The translations under genes were made by a program, and so were the position numbers. The notes beneath the pieces are model-generated. The model had not been told where the DNA came from, did not search any database, and saw nothing but the letters and a program-made list of their open reading frames with translations. Shown here piece after piece: positions 62,101 to 64,000 of a stretch of DNA of 64,000 nt. Within the stretch, counting starts at the first letter, position 1; each line of letters opens with the position of its first letter. This DNA comes from Bispira polyomma (taxonomy: Eukaryota), in contig OZ287754.1 in the NCBI GenBank assembly GCA_965649765.1, forward strand, positions 11,098,001 to 11,162,000, written 5' to 3'.

Positions 62101-63046
62101 TATAATGTAATCATACAATAAATACCTAATCATCCACATATATATTTTGCTTTATGGAAATAAAAATCCACATAAAAGTTTTATTAAAATATAATTAGAA
62201 AATTCCATTACTAGTAAAAACTCTAATGTTGCATAATGTTGCATAATAAGGTCAACCATACAAAATAAATAACATGTAATCCTTCATTTGACACAAACAA
62301 ACATCACCAATAATTAAACATATATCCAGATATGTGTTTACTACAAGTAAAACATGAATCACTAACCTCATTTGAGTCTCCTGGTCTTCGCAGATAAGAT
62401 ACCCCTCTTTAATATACACAACACTGGCTTCAGTAACATGCACCCATCTCCCCAGTCAAACAGAAGGTCAACCAAACACAGTCAGAAAAAAGTGGTGGTC
62501 ATAAACGTAGGAGGCCTAGTGTTGGCTTACGTCACACATACCAACAAATGTAGGTCATTTATCAGCTGATTTTCTGGGTCACCAAGACAGTGTTTGGCAC
62601 AAACAACATGTGGCCTGACACTTATAAGCAAAGTACAATCTAGGTACAACTTTGAAGAGAATAGCCACTTACAGTGGCCTATAAGTGACACATGCTAACA
62701 CTTTCCAGTCAGCATGTCATCAACTAGAGTATGGATTGACAAAATTTAAAAACAAATTAATCAAGAACTAAGTGCCCAAAAGGACATACTGTCAGCATTT
62801 ATCTTGATTTGTAAAAAAAAAATGAACTATATACAAATGTCAATGCTTCATAAATTATTGCACAACCATGGTGATTTGTAATATCCTGATCTTGATGCCA
62901 CATATAGAATCATAATATATTTGCCCAATTAACAGAAGGATAGAAAAATATAATTTGAAAGACAATCTGAATCTGAACACGTTTAGTTGACAATTTGAAA
63001 GTGTCATATAGGGGACAATACCATACCAGTAATATCATTGAGTATT

Positions 63047-63397
63047 AAGTGGTGAATATACCTGCCTAAATTTGGTTTTGAATAGGTCATCTGACGTCCG
63101 TTTTCGTCATCCGAATTTGATACACTACATCCAAAAAACTGGCCGATTTACAAAAACATCACTTGGGAAACAATACATATAAACGTGACCAACCTCATAA
63201 AAACAATGACATTTACTTCACATTCCTGTCCATCATCCGAAAAATAAATTTTTAAAAATTTGACTCCCAAATCGGAGGTGCTGTCGGCCAGGTGTATTGC
63301 ACTTCTCTATTTTATTATATTATATTTCTTCCGATGATGAAAACAGACTTCGGCTGAAGGGTTCGGAAGTAAAATCGGCCAGGTATATTCGCCTCTT
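63047..63397. mobile_element. MITE
   Basis: TIR aagtggtgaatatacctg / caggtatattcgcctctt, plus subterminal inverted blocks. Confidence 0.65.
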
Positions 63398-64000
63398 TAT
63401 ACATATATTGCAGGCAGTTTTGTCCTATCTCACATTATTACTGACTTATGCTATCTAAGATATTCTCAGTGTACAGCACCACCATTAGTTGTACTCGTGA
63501 TAAGACCTAAATGTCAAAAGTGGCGTAAACCCAAATAGATTCAAGTTATAAGACATTAAATTGATACATGAATAAGAAATCACATGTGTCCAAGCATTTT
63601 TCTACTTTTCATATTTTTCTTATTTTTTTCTTTTGATTCAACATGTTTGAAATGTGTGATGTTAATACCAATGGTAAAAGTTACAATGTTAACTTTATCT
63701 ATGTGTTCACATGTGTAAGAAACACATAAAGTATTAAATGTGTAAAAAAAAAAGATTTGTTATTTTATGAATCCTGTAAGAAAATAGAAAACTGAAAGAA
63801 CAATGGTTAAGTTTTATGTTCGCAAAATTTCAGACTGATCACCAAAAACTTGCTGAAAACAGTAAAGACAGGACAATTTCATGTATAAATTCTATATACT
63901 ATATTAAAGTGACTTAAGGTATCTACACAGTTCATTCTTCTGTATATGTCACTTGACTAAGGTACAGATAGTGTTGACGTCACAAGCAGTTGAAGAAAGT

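Noticed and set aside
61100-64000. 3' UTR of a neighbouring minus-strand gene (tttatt at ~61112 and ~62180)
   Set aside because: Plausible from composition, but no coding exon in the window supports it.

Overview
AT-rich, CpG-depleted eukaryotic genomic DNA, most likely from a marine lophotrochozoan such as a mollusc (inferred from the SINE families). It contains the 3' eight coding exons of one spliced host gene on the + strand (19193-40621), an atypical Gyc-88E/Gyc-89D-like soluble guanylate cyclase subunit. The exons encode the end of H-NOBA, the coiled coil, the cyclase domain and a long low-complexity tail; the 5' exons were not found in the window. The rest is mostly transposable elements: a nearly full-length Gmr1-type Gypsy LTR retrotransposon (integrase before RT) in an intron, two decayed convergent tyrosine-recombinase (Ngaro/PAT-like) retrotransposons just downstream of the gene, L2/CR1 LINE fragments, a Penelope fragment, several tRNA-derived SINE families, many MITEs and a ~6 kb tandem duplication. 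The most interesting signal is in the YR retrotransposons: a phase-matched splice donor in mid-gag and an acceptor just before the ATG-less recombinase frame suggest a spliced Gag-YR fusion. The cyclase subunit also lacks the alpha-side catalytic residues. All coordinates and translations were read by eye and no database searches were run.
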